DNA of 50,686 nucleotides from Chiloscyllium plagiosum (lineage: Eukaryota): positions 5,426,438 to 5,477,123 of the forward strand of contig NC_057750.1 in NCBI RefSeq assembly GCF_004010195.1, written 5' to 3'. Within the stretch, counting starts at the first letter, position 1. Every line of letters begins with the position of its first letter. A program made the position numbers and the translations under genes. This document shows, one piece after another, positions 48,461 to 50,686 of this stretch. Below the pieces are notes generated by a model. It was not told where the DNA came from and did not search any database. It was given only the letters and a program-made list of their open reading frames with translations.

Positions 48461-49313
48461 GATCCTCCTCACAGTGGTGGTGATCTTCCGAATCCTAATC
48501 GTTGCCATTGTAGGGGAGACGGTCTATGAAGATGAGCAGGCCATGTTCATGTGCAACACTCTTCAGCCAGGCTGTAACCAGGCCTGTTATGACAGAGCAT
48601 TCCCCATCTCTCACATCAGATACTGGGTCTTCCAGATCATACTGGTGTGCACACCTAGCCTCTGTTTCATCACGTACTCTGTGCACCAGTTGTCTAAGCA
48701 GAAGGAGAAACATTTCTCCATGCTCTGTCCACTTCTGGATCGGGATTCTGCCAGGGCATCCATGGAACAGAAGGAGGATAAAAGGCCGAAATGTAGTCTT
48801 GTCAATGGGGCCCTAGGCCAGAGTCCTGAAGGACATCCAAAGGCACTGGATGCAGACTACATAGAGGGCAAGAAGCTGTCTAATTTCTCAGGTTGGATCA
48901 GTAGCAAAAGCATGAAGATGAAACGTCAGGAGGGCATCTCGAGATTTTACATTATCCAGGTAGTCTTTAGGAATGCCTTGGAGATCGGCTTCTTGATGGG
49001 ACAATACTTCCTCTATGGGTTCAGCGTTCCTGCAATCTTTGAGTGTGACCGGTATCCATGCGTTAAAGAGGTGGAATGTTATGTGTCCCGGCCAACAGAA
49101 AAGACAGTCTTCCTGGTCTTCATGTTCGCCGTCAGTGGCATCTGCGTGGCTCTGAACCTCGCGGAGCTCAACCACCTGGGCTGGAGGAAGATCAAGGCGG
49201 CTGTCAGAGGGGTACAGGCCAAGAGGAGGTCTGCGTTTGAGGTTAGGAAGAAGGCCCTGCCGTATTTCAGCAGCCAGGGGAGGACCCAATCCAGTGAGTC
49301 TGCATACGTCTGA
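48461..49313 (+). CDS. gjd1: Gap junction delta-2-like connexin (gjd1/Cx34.7 type), coding exon 2; full protein 307 aa
   Basis: ttattcttag|[27 protein letters not shown]...[14 protein letters not shown]...[20 protein letters not shown]...[11 protein letters not shown]. Six extracellular Cys and PDZ-binding SAYV. Connexin GJD2 group is certain; the gjd1 subtype is inferred from diagnostic residues. Confidence 0.92.
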
Positions 49314-50070
49314 GTGGCGTTTGTCCCTTTAAACCCAAAGCCAACTAAGTATCTTGGAAGGAATACCTCACCTTGGCAAAAAATCTCTGTTTGGTTCATG
49401 GCTGCGGTGTTTCTTTGTAAAATGTGCCCTGTTAGTAAAGAAATTTAAGTAGCTTGAAGGGACCTCACATCTAATGGATCTCAGGAAGAAGGAAAACTGT
49501 TTAGGATGCGCTTTTTATGGCCACTCGATCTCCGAAATCACTTTACAGCCAATGATGTATTTTTATTGAATCACAGTTGTAATACAGGACGCATAGCAAC
49601 CAATTTGCATACAGAAAGCTCCCACAAACAACACTGTGACAACGGGTGAACAATCCAGGCTCCTCTGTGGTATTGACTGAGGGATAAATATATGCCTAGA
49701 CCCCGGAGAGAACACGCCCACTCTTTGTGAAAGTGCCATGGCAGCTTTTACATCTACCTGAGTGGTCAGGTGGGAATTCTATTTAAAGTCTCATCTAAAT
49801 GATGGCACCTCTGATAGTGCAGCACTCTCACAGTACCAGATTAGGAGCATAGGGGGTAGTGACAACTTCAAATCATTTTTTGGTGGATTGCTAAGCTTTT
49901 GTTCTTGCCATTGTATGAGAATTAGAACAGAATATCCTTTATTGTCACTTGTACTCAAGTACAGGAGTACAATGAAAAGTTTTACAATGTCACCTCTTAT
50001 AGCGCCATCCATAAGTACCGAGGTACAAATCTTAGATACAAAAAGAGGAATAAAGAAGAAAAGTAGTTCG

Positions 50071-50303
50071 TGGGCGGCACGGTGGCACAGTGGTTAGCAC
50101 TGCTGCCTCGCAGTGCCAGAGACCCGNNNNNNNNNNNNNNNNNNNNNNNNNNNNNNNNNNNNNNNNNNNNNNNNNNNNNNNNNNNNNNNNNNNNNNNNNN
50201 NNNNNNNNNNNNNNNNNNNNNNNNNNNNNNNNNNNNNNNNNNNNNNGTCGGTGTGGACTTGTTGGGCCGAAGGGCCTGTTTCCACACTGTAAGTAATCTA
50301 ATC
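50071..50303 (+). mobile_element. HE1-like SINE spanning a gap
   Basis: GGGCGGCACGGTGGCACAGTGGTTAGC head; TTCCACACTGTAAGTAATCTAATC tail. Confidence 0.75.
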
Positions 50304-50560
50304 AAAAATAGTTGCAATACTTTATAGTGATTCACAGAATAAGTTCGAAATAAGATATAGTTAAAAGGTTTGACATCAGTCAGATGAACAAGTCACACAT
50401 AAACATTACATTGCAGTAGCTCAGTGCAGGGGCTTCCCACACCAAACCCCAGTCCAACATTATCCCTGCTCCACTCCAGGCCTCCAGTCTGCTCAGCATC
50501 AGCTCTCAGCTGCTCCAAGGGAAGTTTTCTCCAGATTTGTTTCTCCCTCGCCGGCCTCCA

Positions 50561-50686
50561 CTCCGGGACTCGCTCCCCCCCCTCACCAACCTCTGCTCTG
50601 GGACTCACTCCCCTCCCTCACCAACCTCTACTCTGGACTTCACTCCCCCCCTCACCAACCTCTGCTCCAGGACTCGCTCCCCCCCT
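50561..50686 (+). repeat. C-rich minisatellite, 34-35 bp unit, truncated by window end
   Basis: CTCACCAACCTCT recurs at 50582, 50617 and 50651, each followed by GGACT[C/T]...CTCCCC. Confidence 0.85.

Noticed and set aside
50561-50686. Repeat-spacer-like periodicity (CRISPR-like)
   Set aside because: Contiguous tandem units without unique spacers in a eukaryotic genome: a minisatellite.

Overview
Vertebrate genomic DNA, most likely a cartilaginous fish (shark-type HE1-like SINEs and CR1/HER1-like LINEs), repeat-rich, with three N gaps (40774-41170, 45547-45595, 50127-50246). Three genes can be assembled by hand from splice signals. (1) A complete 6-exon IkB-alpha-like (NFKBIA-like) gene on the minus strand, 32206->19403, 321 aa, with a probable 2.4 kb 3'UTR. 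(2) About 11 kb past its 3' end, on the same strand, exon 1 (5605->5148) of a second, different IkB gene, probably IkB-beta-like, with a CpG-rich promoter; its remaining exons were not found and probably lie left of the window. (3) Divergent from these, a 2-exon GJD2-like connexin of the gjd1/Cx34.7 type (44000-44070 + 48461-49313, 307 aa). The main points of interest are the tandem alpha-like/beta-like IkB pair next to a gjd1-type connexin, two independent Tx1-type LINE insertions at the same AAACAGGAG site just 3' of the TATA region of related LTRs, and several families of short fold-back Penelope-derived elements carrying minimal hammerhead-ribozyme motifs with 12-14 bp target-site duplications. 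Homology calls are from memory of the protein and repeat families, not from database searches. Repeat boundaries are approximate.
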